Source: an uncultured Lactobacillales bacterium (GTDB lineage: Bacteria; Pseudomonadota; Alphaproteobacteria; CAYJES01). From it: 64,000 bases of DNA. Below are positions 27,693 through 36,652 of the stretch, piece by piece. The position numbers and the translations under genes are program-made. Below the pieces are notes generated by a model that was not told where the DNA came from, did not search any database, and saw only the letters and a program-made list of their open reading frames with translations. The stretch is from NCBI GenBank assembly GCA_964369365.1, contig CAYJES010000007.1, forward strand, positions 799-64,798. The letters run 5' to 3'. Numbering within the stretch: the first letter of the stretch is position 1; each line of letters starts with the position of its first letter.

Positions 27693-29788
27693 TTTAATTG
27701 TTTAACCTCTCGTTTAAGTCTTGCTGTTCTGCCAGAACCGTATAATGACGGGTTTTCCATAAAAAATTCTTGGGCGCAAAATCCGCCAGATTTTACTGTT
27801 TCTCTATTGTAATTCATCTCACTATCAAGTATCCATGAATTAGCGTTATCTTTTATATTAGCATACATGATTTGCGTTAAAATTTGCTTTTTAACTTTTG
27901 TTTTTTCAATTGGAATTAATGTTTCAACTCTTTTTATCATATTTCTACGCATTAAATCTGCTGATGAAATATATACTTTTGCACTTTGCGAAGGAAATTT
28001 TTTGCCGTTGCCAAAACAATAAATTCTAGAATGTTCTAAAAATCTTCCTACTATACTTTTCACTGTAATGTTTTCGGATAAACCTTTTATTCCTGGGCGC
28101 AAAGAGCATATTCCACGAATTATAAGTTTTATTTTTACACCTGCTTTTGATGCTTTATAAAGTGCATCTATGACCACATCATCCATAAGAGAGTTTGCTT
28201 TTGCCATTATTGTTGCTGGCCTTCCAGTATTCGCGAATTCAATTTCTTTTTCAATTAATCTTATTAATTCATCGCGTAAGTCAAAAGGAGCAGTAATTAG
28301 TTTTTTAAATGGTTTTAATTCTTTTTTTGTTTCTAAAAAATCAAAAACATTATCAGCATCATTTCCTAAATCTTCATCATCTGTGAAAAATGATAAGTCG
28401 GTGTAAATGTTGGCAGTAATAGGGTTATAGTTGCCTGTGCCATAATGAACATATGATTTAATTTTGTTTTTTTGTTTTCGCCTGATCAATGATATTTTGC
28501 TGTGGAATTTATATTTTGGATGTCCGAAAATAACTTTTACTCCATGACTTTCCATGATTTTAGCCCAACCTAGATTAGCTTCTTCGTCAAAACGAGCGCG
28601 AAGTTCGATGTATGCTGTAACATCTTTGCCATTCTTAGCCGCATCCATCAATGCATACATAATAGGGGATTCTTTATTTGTTCTGTATATAGTTTGTTTA
28701 ATAGAAATTACATCATCATCATTTGCGGCTTGTTTTAAAAAATTTACAACTATTTCATATGATTCATATGGATGATGAACAAGAATGTCACCTGATTCAA
28801 TAGCTTTGAAATAATCGTTATCAAATTTTTTAACCCGTTCAGATTTTCTTGGGGCGTAATCTTTGAATAATAGTTTTTTCTTAAATGGATAGATGATTTG
28901 CCCTAAATGTCTGTATGCTAAAAAATCTGAAAAAGTTATGTCATTATCATCAAGTTTTAATTTCTTTTTTAACAATTCTATTCCGGTTTTGCTTGAACTT
29001 GAATGGATGTCAAGCAGAGTTAATTTGCCTTGTTTGCGCTTTTTAAGAGCTTCTTCAAACCATGCAATCATATCTTCAGCTTTTTCATCAAAGGCTATTA
29101 AAGTGTCTCTTATTACCGAGAAGGTGGCTAGGTGATTTGTTTGCTTGCTGTTAAATACTTTACTTGCGAATAATAAAATTAAATCCTCTACAGGAATTAA
29201 AGAAATTTTATTTTTATTGTTTGCAATAGTTACAAATCTTTTTGTTCTTTTCGGCAGCGATATAATAGAGTTTACGCCTTCTACCTCAAATAACAAATTA
29301 ATGCTGAGGTTTTCAAGAAATGGAAAATCATTATCAATTTTATTTAAAATTATAGTAGGCAAAATATCATCTATAAAAACTTTTTTCAAAATTGAAATGT
29401 CTTTTTTCTTAAGCTCGTCTTTTGATAAAATGTGAAAATTGGTTTTTGATAGCTCTTTTTTTATTTCAGAAAATGATGCATATTGTTTTTTTTGTAATTG
29501 GATTATATAGGGATAACAAAGCTTTATTTGCTCTTTAAAGCTAAGTCCATCAATCGATACATTTTCTTCATCAACTCTTTTTTCTTTTAATGATGCGAAC
29601 CTAACCATGCAAAATTCATCTAAATTAGAGCCAGAAATGCTTAAAAATCGCAATCTTTCAAGCAAGGGAAGCGTATTCTTTAGACTTTCTTCTAAGACTC
29701 TTTCATGAAATTTAAGCAGTGATAACTCTCGGTTGAAAAACCGCTTTGGCGAATATGCAAGATCTTTTTGTAAAAATTTAAATTCCAT
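27689..29788 (-). CDS. ppk: Polyphosphate kinase 1
   Basis: 699 aa. N-domain RFLSISGSNLDEF. Phospho-His region KFHSK. Two PLD-like C-domains. It overlaps the ppk2 start by 4 nt. Confidence 0.9.
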   Translation of the reverse strand: MEFKFLQKDLAYSPKRFFNRELSLLKFHERVLEESLKNTLPLLERLRFLSISGSNLDEFCMVRFASLKEKRVDEENVSIDGLSFKEQIKLCYPYIIQLQKKQYASFSEIKKELSKTNFHILSKDELKKKDISILKKVFIDDILPTIILNKIDNDFPFLENLSINLLFEVEGVNSIISLPKRTKRFVTIANNKNKISLIPVEDLILLFASKVFNSKQTNHLATFSVIRDTLIAFDEKAEDMIAWFEEALKKRKQGKLTLLDIHSSSSKTGIELLKKKLKLDDNDITFSDFLAYRHLGQIIYPFKKKLLFKDYAPRKSERVKKFDNDYFKAIESGDILVHHPYESYEIVVNFLKQAANDDDVISIKQTIYRTNKESPIMYALMDAAKNGKDVTAYIELRARFDEEANLGWAKIMESHGVKVIFGHPKYKFHSKISLIRRKQKNKIKSYVHYGTGNYNPITANIYTDLSFFTDDEDLGNDADNVFDFLETKKELKPFKKLITAPFDLRDELIRLIEKEIEFANTGRPATIMAKANSLMDDVVIDALYKASKAGVKIKLIIRGICSLRPGIKGLSENITVKSIVGRFLEHSRIYCFGNGKKFPSQSAKVYISSADLMRRNMIKRVETLIPIEKTKVKKQILTQIMYANIKDNANSWILDSEMNYNRETVKSGGFCAQEFFMENPSLYGSGRTARLKREVKQLK

Positions 29789-29857
29789 TTTGATTTATTT
29801 TTTTTCTGGTTTATACTATTTTGAAATAGTATAACTTATTTTCAAAGGAGAATCTAG

Positions 29858-30370
29858 ATGTCTAAAAAAATATATATTATTCGCCATGCAAAAGCTGAAA
29901 AAGGCGGAAAAGGACTTGACGATTTTTCAAGAAAAATTACCCCTAAAGGTAAAAAGCAGTGTAAAGAGCTTGGGGCTTATATAAAAAAGAATAAAATAAA
30001 ACCTGATTTGATTTTATGTTCTCCTGCCAAACGTTGTAGACAAACGTTAGATGGCATACAAAAATCGTTTGAAAAAGCGGATATTGTATATGATGAAAAA
30101 ATTTATGAAGCTAACCCTAAAAATCTGCTTAGGATGTTGCAATATATTGATGATAAATATGAAAATGTGATTTTAATTGGGCATAATCCTTCAATTCTGA
30201 CCTTGTCTGCAGCCCTTTCAAATACTCTTGAAAGCAATATAAAAGATTTAAAAAGAATGTTAAACAGATTTCCTACTTCTGCTATGGCTTGTTTTACATC
30301 AGACATTGATGCTTGGCGTGATGTCGCTGTTGATAGCTTGAAATTAGCATCATTTGTTAGGACTAAATAA
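29858..30370 (+). CDS. Histidine phosphatase superfamily protein (SixA-like phosphohistidine phosphatase)
   Basis: YIIRHAKAE...G and a later LIGHNP motif. Confidence 0.6.
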   Translation: MSKKIYIIRHAKAEKGGKGLDDFSRKITPKGKKQCKELGAYIKKNKIKPDLILCSPAKRCRQTLDGIQKSFEKADIVYDEKIYEANPKNLLRMLQYIDDKYENVILIGHNPSILTLSAALSNTLESNIKDLKRMLNRFPTSAMACFTSDIDAWRDVAVDSLKLASFVRTK

Positions 30371-30373
30371 AAT

Positions 30374-31498
30374 ATGAAATATATATTTATTACTTTTATA
30401 ATTATCCTTTCTTCTACATCTTTTGCGAAGAAAAATCTAAATTCTCTTGGAAAATTTTATTATGAAGAAAAGTTTGATAAAAAATTCGGTGCAACAACTG
30501 CAATAATAGAAAGCAACTTAAAAGATCTTTCAAGTATTGGTGATAAAAATGCGGATTATATGCTTGGAATGCTTTATACTCAAAATGATAATTATAAACA
30601 AGCTTTTGAATATTTCGCAAAAGCATGCGAAAAAAATGATGCAAAATCTTGCAATAATGCAGGATTTATAAAACATCACAATCTTGAAAAACTAAAAGAA
30701 CTGGAAGATGAAAAAGCTTCTCAATATTATAAAAAAGCGATTGAATTAAATGACAACTATGCCCTATTTAATATGGCAAGATACTATATAAGAAAAAAGG
30801 ATTATTTTAATAGTTATCTTTATTATGAAATTGTAAAAGAAAGATTTGATGATAAGTTGACAAGACAGATAACAATTCTTAATAAAGATAGGATGTATGC
30901 AAATATTTCTCAAATAGAAAAAGAATATTTGAAATATTATTATCCTGTCTATCTTGAAAAAATAGCAGGTAAAAAAATCATAGGAAATAGAAAAATAAAC
31001 CCTAATTTGCCAATCCCTTCGGACGTTTCTAAGATTAAACATAACGAAAAATTTATTAAATATAAAGAAGAAGTTCCTAAAAACACAAAACTTTTAATGA
31101 TAAAGTGGATGCCTGAAAAAAACGACTTTATTGATATTCCAATTTCAATTGTTACTGAAGATATTTCAAGTAACGAAGCCCTAGCAAGCCTGACTTATCG
31201 TTATCATATACCTGCTGTGATAACTTTTACACTTACCTCTAAAAAAACAATATTGCCTGTTTTGTTGGGTGATGAATTAAAAGTGTATATTTATGCAGGA
31301 ACTAAGCATGAAAAAAATGATGAATGGGAAATAAAAAATGTAAGTCCTATGATGTCATTGAGTATAAATAAAAAAATAGAATATGATGGAGAATGGCAAA
31401 TTTTCACCCTTTCTCCTCAGATAAAAAGTGATATAAAAGTTAAATTTTTAAACAAAATGACAAATAAAACATTGGATTTAGAAATGTTAACGAAATAG
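30374..31498 (+). CDS. Secreted Sel1/TPR-like repeat protein with a beta-rich C-terminal region (hypothetical)
   Basis: Signal peptide. Sel1-like repeats (ADYMLGMLYTQNDNYKQAFEYFAKACEKNDAKSCNNAGFI...). It begins 4 nt after the sixA-like stop. Confidence 0.5.
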   Translation: MKYIFITFIIILSSTSFAKKNLNSLGKFYYEEKFDKKFGATTAIIESNLKDLSSIGDKNADYMLGMLYTQNDNYKQAFEYFAKACEKNDAKSCNNAGFIKHHNLEKLKELEDEKASQYYKKAIELNDNYALFNMARYYIRKKDYFNSYLYYEIVKERFDDKLTRQITILNKDRMYANISQIEKEYLKYYYPVYLEKIAGKKIIGNRKINPNLPIPSDVSKIKHNEKFIKYKEEVPKNTKLLMIKWMPEKNDFIDIPISIVTEDISSNEALASLTYRYHIPAVITFTLTSKKTILPVLLGDELKVYIYAGTKHEKNDEWEIKNVSPMMSLSINKKIEYDGEWQIFTLSPQIKSDIKVKFLNKMTNKTLDLEMLTK

Positions 31499-31542
31499 TA
31501 TTAATTTTGTGGCATCATAAGGCAGGATTTTGTATTTATTAG

Positions 31543-32463
31543 ATGGATTTATTAAGGAGCAACTTTATTATGGTAAAGTATTTTATATTAGCATTAATAG
31601 CGCTTTGTTCGAGCAACGTGAAGGCTCAAGAATTAACTTTAGAGCAAGAAGGAATTCAGTATGAAGATATTTGTTCTGGAGGTATGAGTGTTTCTGAACT
31701 TTTAGAAAAATCAGAAAAATTAAAATCTTCTGATGTTGATAATAGTGACTTTTTTTCAACAAATTGCTTGTTGCTTGCTGCTCATAAAAATGACAGTAAA
31801 GCTCAATATCTGTTAAGTGAAACATACAAGGTTGGTTATGGAATACCTGCAAATACTTCATATGCATATAAATGGGCAAGGATTGCAGCTTTTAACGGCT
31901 ATGAAATAAGCGAAGGTGATTTCGAAAAAATGGAAGCAGAAATGGATATTGATGACATAAAAAGAGTTGACGGCGAAGTTAAAAGTTATGTCGCATTTCA
32001 AGAAAAAATGACCAAAACAAGTGGTTCAGACGTGAAAAATATGCTGATAAATTCAGGTAATTTTGATAACGTAACGCAAGATCAATTAGCTGCAATAGAA
32101 GCAGTTTATAGTAAAATAGAATCGTTATTTAATAATGATAATGTAGAAAGTTTAGGAAATGCAGCAAAAGATTTTGTTTCTTCATCATCAACTACTAGAT
32201 TGCAACAAAATCCGCAAACAGCGAGTACAAGAAATGTTGATAGCAGAACTAATCGCCAAGAACAAGATCGCATGATGGAAGAAGAAAGAATGCGCGAACG
32301 TGAGGCAATAGAACGGGAACGAGAAGAAATTGAACGCAGACGCGAGCAAGAAATGGAAAGAATGAGTGAACGTGAAACGGAAGAAAGAGAAGTTAGGGCA
32401 TCAAGAGGAATAGATTTTTATAACGATCCATATAATCCGGAATTTAACCCTCCACCAAGATAA
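31543..32463 (+). CDS. Secreted Sel1-repeat protein with an Arg/Glu-rich low-complexity C-terminal tail
   Basis: Signal peptide. Sel1 repeat (AQYLLSETYKVGYGIPANTSYAYKWARIAAFNGY). C-terminal REQDRMMEEERMREREAIEREREEIERRREQEMERMSERETEEREVR. Confidence 0.55.
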   Translation: MDLLRSNFIMVKYFILALIALCSSNVKAQELTLEQEGIQYEDICSGGMSVSELLEKSEKLKSSDVDNSDFFSTNCLLLAAHKNDSKAQYLLSETYKVGYGIPANTSYAYKWARIAAFNGYEISEGDFEKMEAEMDIDDIKRVDGEVKSYVAFQEKMTKTSGSDVKNMLINSGNFDNVTQDQLAAIEAVYSKIESLFNNDNVESLGNAAKDFVSSSSTTRLQQNPQTASTRNVDSRTNRQEQDRMMEEERMREREAIEREREEIERRREQEMERMSERETEEREVRASRGIDFYNDPYNPEFNPPPR

Positions 32464-32482
32464 GAAGTAGAGTTAAAATAAA

Positions 32483-32510
32483 AAAGGAAGATATAAAATC
32501 TTCCTTTTTT
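32483..32510. terminator. Bidirectional intrinsic terminator
   Basis: aaaaaggaagat-ataaa-atcttcctttttt. Confidence 0.6.
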
Positions 32511-32519
32511 ATTTGAGGT

Positions 32520-33284
32520 TTATTTTTTTTCGTATTTTTTCTTTTCTTTATTGAAAATAACAATTCCGAAAGGAATGGTTATAAGGTATATAGATCCAAT
32601 AATAGCTGCACATAACCATGGTTCAGTAATAAGTATTCCTGCGATAAGAGCGGTTACAGCCATAATAGGAAGAATATATTTAACTTCTATCTTTAGTTTT
32701 TTAATTGATATGGTTGGAATTGTGCTGACCATTAAAAATCCGCAAACAGCAAGGAATGTTCCAACAACAGCAGGGTTTTGGAATGAAACAAAACCATATT
32801 GATAGAAAAGAAATGGAACAAGAACAGTCATGGCGCCACCAGGAGCAGGAAGTCCGGTAAAGAAGTTTTGCCAATAAGGAAGTGGTTCATCATCATCTAA
32901 CATGGTATTGAATCTTGCCAACCTAATCGCTCCACAAAGGGCAAAAAACAACGCAAGAAACCATCCTAAGCCTTTTACGTCTTGCATAGACCATAGGTAT
33001 AAGAAAAATCCAGGTGCAACGCCAAAGCTGACAAAATCAGAAAGTGAATCAAGTTCTGCACCAAATTTTGTAGTTCCATTTAACATTCTTGCAACGCGGC
33101 CATCAAGACCGTCTAGTATTGCAGCAATGAAAATAGATATAACGGCAATATCCCAACGTTCTTGGATGCTATAATTTATAGAGCTTATCCCAAAAGACAT
33201 AGCCGCCAAAGTCACAAGATTTGGTGCAATTCGGTTAAAAGGGATTTCTTTAATTTTTTTCTTAGTAACTGTTATAATAGCCAA
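32520..33284 (-). CDS. pssA: CDP-diacylglycerol--serine O-phosphatidyltransferase
   Basis: CDP-alcohol phosphatidyltransferase motif DGLDGRVAR...G.ELDSLSD. Polytopic membrane protein. Confidence 0.85.
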   Translation of the reverse strand: MAIITVTKKKIKEIPFNRIAPNLVTLAAMSFGISSINYSIQERWDIAVISIFIAAILDGLDGRVARMLNGTTKFGAELDSLSDFVSFGVAPGFFLYLWSMQDVKGLGWFLALFFALCGAIRLARFNTMLDDDEPLPYWQNFFTGLPAPGGAMTVLVPFLFYQYGFVSFQNPAVVGTFLAVCGFLMVSTIPTISIKKLKIEVKYILPIMAVTALIAGILITEPWLCAAIIGSIYLITIPFGIVIFNKEKKKYEKK

Positions 33285-33300
33285 TTTAGCCTCCTATTGA

Positions 33301-33984
33301 TTAAAATTTTGCAAGTATAGTTTCGCCACCAACAGTTGTTTGGCCTTTTTTCACTTTTAGTTTGACACCTTCAGGAATATATACGTCAACTCTGCTGCCG
33401 AAACGGATAATGCCGTATTTATCAGCAGTTGCAACTTTATCGCCTTCTTCAATTTCGCAAAGAATGCGACGAGCGATGAGTCCTGCAATTTGAACAAACG
33501 CAACTTTTTGTTTGTTATTTGTTTCCATAAGAACAAGTTGTCTTTCGTTGTGTTCACTTGCTTTGTCAAATTCTGCATTAATGAATTTTCCAGGAACATA
33601 AATTGTTTTTTTGATTTCGCCTGATATTGGAACGCGGTTTACGTGAACATTAAATACGCTCATGAATATGCTTACTTTTTGGAATTTTTGATTACCTTCT
33701 TCAAATTCTTTTGGTAAAGTTGTTGTTGTAATGTCGCAAATAGTGCCATCAGCAGGTGCGATTACAAGATTTTCCCCTTCTGGAGTTACTCTTTGTGGGT
33801 CACGGAAAAAAGCATAAACACAAAGGGTAAGAAGCAGTAAAAATATTCCAACAGGAACATATATAGCTAAGGCAATAATAGCAATTACGCCAGCAATAAT
33901 AGTGAATTTAATACCTTCAGGGTGGATAGGAGGAAAAGTTTGTTCTATCCATGATTTAGATTTATTATTTTTGTTTTTAGCCAT
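33301..33984 (-). CDS. psd: Phosphatidylserine decarboxylase proenzyme
   Basis: 227 aa. N-terminal TM segment. LVIAPADG... C-terminal RFGSRVDVYIP (GS(R/T) self-cleavage region). Confidence 0.85.
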   Translation of the reverse strand: MAKNKNNKSKSWIEQTFPPIHPEGIKFTIIAGVIAIIALAIYVPVGIFLLLLTLCVYAFFRDPQRVTPEGENLVIAPADGTICDITTTTLPKEFEEGNQKFQKVSIFMSVFNVHVNRVPISGEIKKTIYVPGKFINAEFDKASEHNERQLVLMETNNKQKVAFVQIAGLIARRILCEIEEGDKVATADKYGIIRFGSRVDVYIPEGVKLKVKKGQTTVGGETILAKF

Positions 33985-34002
33985 TTTTTATTGCTCCTAG
34001 TT

Positions 34003-34178
34003 TTAATTACTTTGTTTAATTTCTTCGTCAGTAAAGACAGATTGGTTGTTTTTTATTTCGTTAATTTTATTAATTTCTGTTTCATCAAGAGGGATTTTGA
34101 TATCTTCATAAGATAGAGCAAAAATAAACCCAGCAATGATAATAAGCAATGTTAATAATATTAAAATTTTTTTATTCA
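34003..34178 (-). CDS. Small membrane-anchored or secreted protein of about 58 aa (hypothetical). Coordinates approximate.
   Basis: Read by eye: MNKKILILLTLLIIIAGFIFALSYEDIKIPLDETEINKINEIKNNQSVFTDEEIKQSN. It lies immediately upstream of psd-pssA and is co-oriented with them. It falls below the ORF-track length cutoff. Confidence 0.25.
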
Positions 34179-34306
34179 TGGGTAAAAATTACATGAAATT
34201 ATCCCAAATAGCAAGGATTTTAATAGGATTAAATTATTTTTGTAAAAATTTGTTGCGTTTAGTTTAATAATGTAGTATAAAGTCGGTTAAGTTTTTATTT
34301 TGTCAT

Positions 34307-34393
34307 GCGGATGTGGCGGAATAGGTAGACGCAGCAGACTTAAAATCTGCTGAGAGTAATCTCGTGCCGGTTCAAGTCCGGCCTTCCGCACCA
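34307..34393 (+). tRNA. tRNA-Leu (anticodon UAA)
   Basis: 87 nt. Acceptor stem gcggatg / cttccgc with one mismatch. Anticodon loop cTTAAaa. Long variable arm. T-arm gccgg-ttcaagt-ccggc. Encoded 3' CCA. Confidence 0.85.
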
Positions 34394-34409
34394 TTATAAA
34401 AATTTATAA

Positions 34410-34430
34410 CCACCCTCGGGTGGTTTTTTT
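34410..34430 (+). terminator. Rho-independent terminator after the tRNA-Leu
   Basis: ccacc-ctcg-ggtgg followed by T7. Confidence 0.6.
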
Positions 34431-34520
34431 ATGTCTTGTTATTTTGTAAGTCTTGTTTTGTTATAAATTAAGATATGGTTTAAATTACAAATAAAAACGA
34501 TAGTAAAAAGTAATAGGAAG

Positions 34521-36596
34521 TTATCCACCTCTGAAAACTTTGATATTGCTGTCTTGATTAAATAGGTATAAAAGGTTTCTTAAGGCAAGTCCTCTATCAC
34601 TTTTGAAATGTGAATCAGTATCAATGCAAATGGTTGCGTCTTTGCGTGCAGTTTCAAGTAAGCCTCTGTCTTCTATGAAATCGGCAATTTTAAATTCAGG
34701 AAGTCCGCTTTGTTTGGTGCCTAGTAATTCGCCTGCACCCCTTAATTCTAAATCTTTTTCAGCTATTTTAAATCCGTCAGTGGTTTCTCTTATTGTTTTT
34801 AGTCGCTTCATTGCGGTTTCTGTTAAATTGTCGCTGTACATTAAAATTAGATGTGAATCTTTTTCGTTTCTGCCTATTCTACCGCGTAGTTGGTGCAGTT
34901 GGGCAAGACCAAACCTTTCCGCGTGTTCAATTACCATAACCGTTGCTTTTTTAACGTCTACGCCAACTTCTACCACTGTTGTTGCAACTAAAATATCAAT
35001 ATTGCCAGTATCGAATTGTTCCATAACAGCATCTTTTTCGCCAGATTTCATTTTTCCGTGGACAAGACCAACTTTATCGCCAAAATATTTTTGTAAGTCT
35101 ATAAATCTATCTTTTGCAGCGGCAAGGTCTGATTTTTCGGTTTCTTCTACCAATGGGCAAATCCAATAAACCTTATTTCCAGCGGAAATTACACGAGAAA
35201 GTCCTGATACAACTTCGTTAATTTTGCTGATTGGCATGGTGGCGGTTTTTATTTCTTTCCTGCCAACTGGTTTTTCATCAATAATAGAACAATCCATATC
35301 GCCATATGCAGTCATAATTAAGGTTCTAGGGATAGGAGTTGCGCTCATTGCTAAAATATCTGGGTTATGACCTTTTTCTGCTAAACGTAATCTTTGTTCG
35401 ACGCCGAATCGATGTTGTTCATCAATGATGATTAATTTTAAATCTTTATATATAACGTCAGCTTGAAATAGGGCGTGAGTACCTATTATTATACTTGCCT
35501 CGCCTGAATTTATTTTTTCAAGAATGACTGTGCGAGCTTTGCCTTTATCCCTGCCGGTTATGATGGTTGCATTAATGCCGATTTTTTCAGAAAATTCAGA
35601 GATAGTTTCAAAATGTTGACGGGTAAGTATTTCAGTAGGAGTCATAATCGCCACTTGATAACCTTGTTCAATAGCATTTAAGGCAGAAAATAACGCAACT
35701 ATGGTTTTGCCACTGCCAACGTCTCCTTGTAAAAGGCGTAACATACGAAATTCGCTTGCCATGTCGGATTTTATTTCTTTTATAACTTTGATTTGGGCAT
35801 CGGTTAATTTAAAAGGTAAAGTATTGTATAGTTTTTTAGCAAGAGAGCCATCGCCATTAATTGCGGTGCCTTTTTGTTTTTTCATGTGGGCACGAGCAGA
35901 AGCAAGGGTTAGTTGGTTGGCAAGTAATTCATCATAAGCCAATCTTGTTTTTGCAATTCCTGAAATATCCTCAGGAGTTTTCGGAAAATGCACGGTGTTA
36001 AGCGCAGTTTTAAAATTTGGGAATTTTTTTTCAGATATTAATGCTTTATCCAGCCATTCTGGCATGTCTGGCACCATATCGACTGCTTCTTTTATATAAT
36101 TTTGCATCATTCTGTTTGAAATGCCTGCGGTCAAAGGATAAATAGGCTCTATGATTGGAATTTTATCCCTATCCTTTAAATGAAAAATATAATCAGGGTG
36201 GGTCATTTGTAATTTTTGCCCGAATTGTTCCAATTTACCACTGATTATTTTTCTTTCTCCTTCTGGGAAATTTTTGCTAAGGTAACTTGATTGATAGTTA
36301 AAAAATACTAGCTCTATCATAACTCCATTATTTTCTGCCATTATTTTATATGGTGATTTTCTGGAATGATTGGGATAATGTTTTAATATATCAATGGTTG
36401 TTATAATTATTTCACCAATATTTGCATCTTTTATGTTATTATATGGGCGGCGCACAGTTATGGAATTTGGCAGGTGCCATAATAAATCGACCACACGTGA
36501 AATGCCTATTTTTTCATAGGCCTTTGCTGATTTTGCTCCGATGCCTTTTAGGGTTGATAGCGGGGCAAATAATGAATTTAAAATTTGTGGTCGCAT
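34521..36596 (-). CDS. recG: ATP-dependent DNA helicase RecG
   Basis: 691 aa. Wedge domain plus a superfamily 2 helicase core ([15 protein letters not shown]). Confidence 0.95.
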   Translation of the reverse strand: MRPQILNSLFAPLSTLKGIGAKSAKAYEKIGISRVVDLLWHLPNSITVRRPYNNIKDANIGEIIITTIDILKHYPNHSRKSPYKIMAENNGVMIELVFFNYQSSYLSKNFPEGERKIISGKLEQFGQKLQMTHPDYIFHLKDRDKIPIIEPIYPLTAGISNRMMQNYIKEAVDMVPDMPEWLDKALISEKKFPNFKTALNTVHFPKTPEDISGIAKTRLAYDELLANQLTLASARAHMKKQKGTAINGDGSLAKKLYNTLPFKLTDAQIKVIKEIKSDMASEFRMLRLLQGDVGSGKTIVALFSALNAIEQGYQVAIMTPTEILTRQHFETISEFSEKIGINATIITGRDKGKARTVILEKINSGEASIIIGTHALFQADVIYKDLKLIIIDEQHRFGVEQRLRLAEKGHNPDILAMSATPIPRTLIMTAYGDMDCSIIDEKPVGRKEIKTATMPISKINEVVSGLSRVISAGNKVYWICPLVEETEKSDLAAAKDRFIDLQKYFGDKVGLVHGKMKSGEKDAVMEQFDTGNIDILVATTVVEVGVDVKKATVMVIEHAERFGLAQLHQLRGRIGRNEKDSHLILMYSDNLTETAMKRLKTIRETTDGFKIAEKDLELRGAGELLGTKQSGLPEFKIADFIEDRGLLETARKDATICIDTDSHFKSDRGLALRNLLYLFNQDSNIKVFRGG

Positions 36597-36652
36597 TTTG
36601 TTTTATTTTTTTATTTTATCTTTTATATAAATAATATATCTTTTATACAATT

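Noticed and set aside
34603-35937. 188-aa and 78-aa + strand ORFs inside recG
   Set aside because: Antisense shadow ORFs with Ser/Thr-rich, low-complexity translations.
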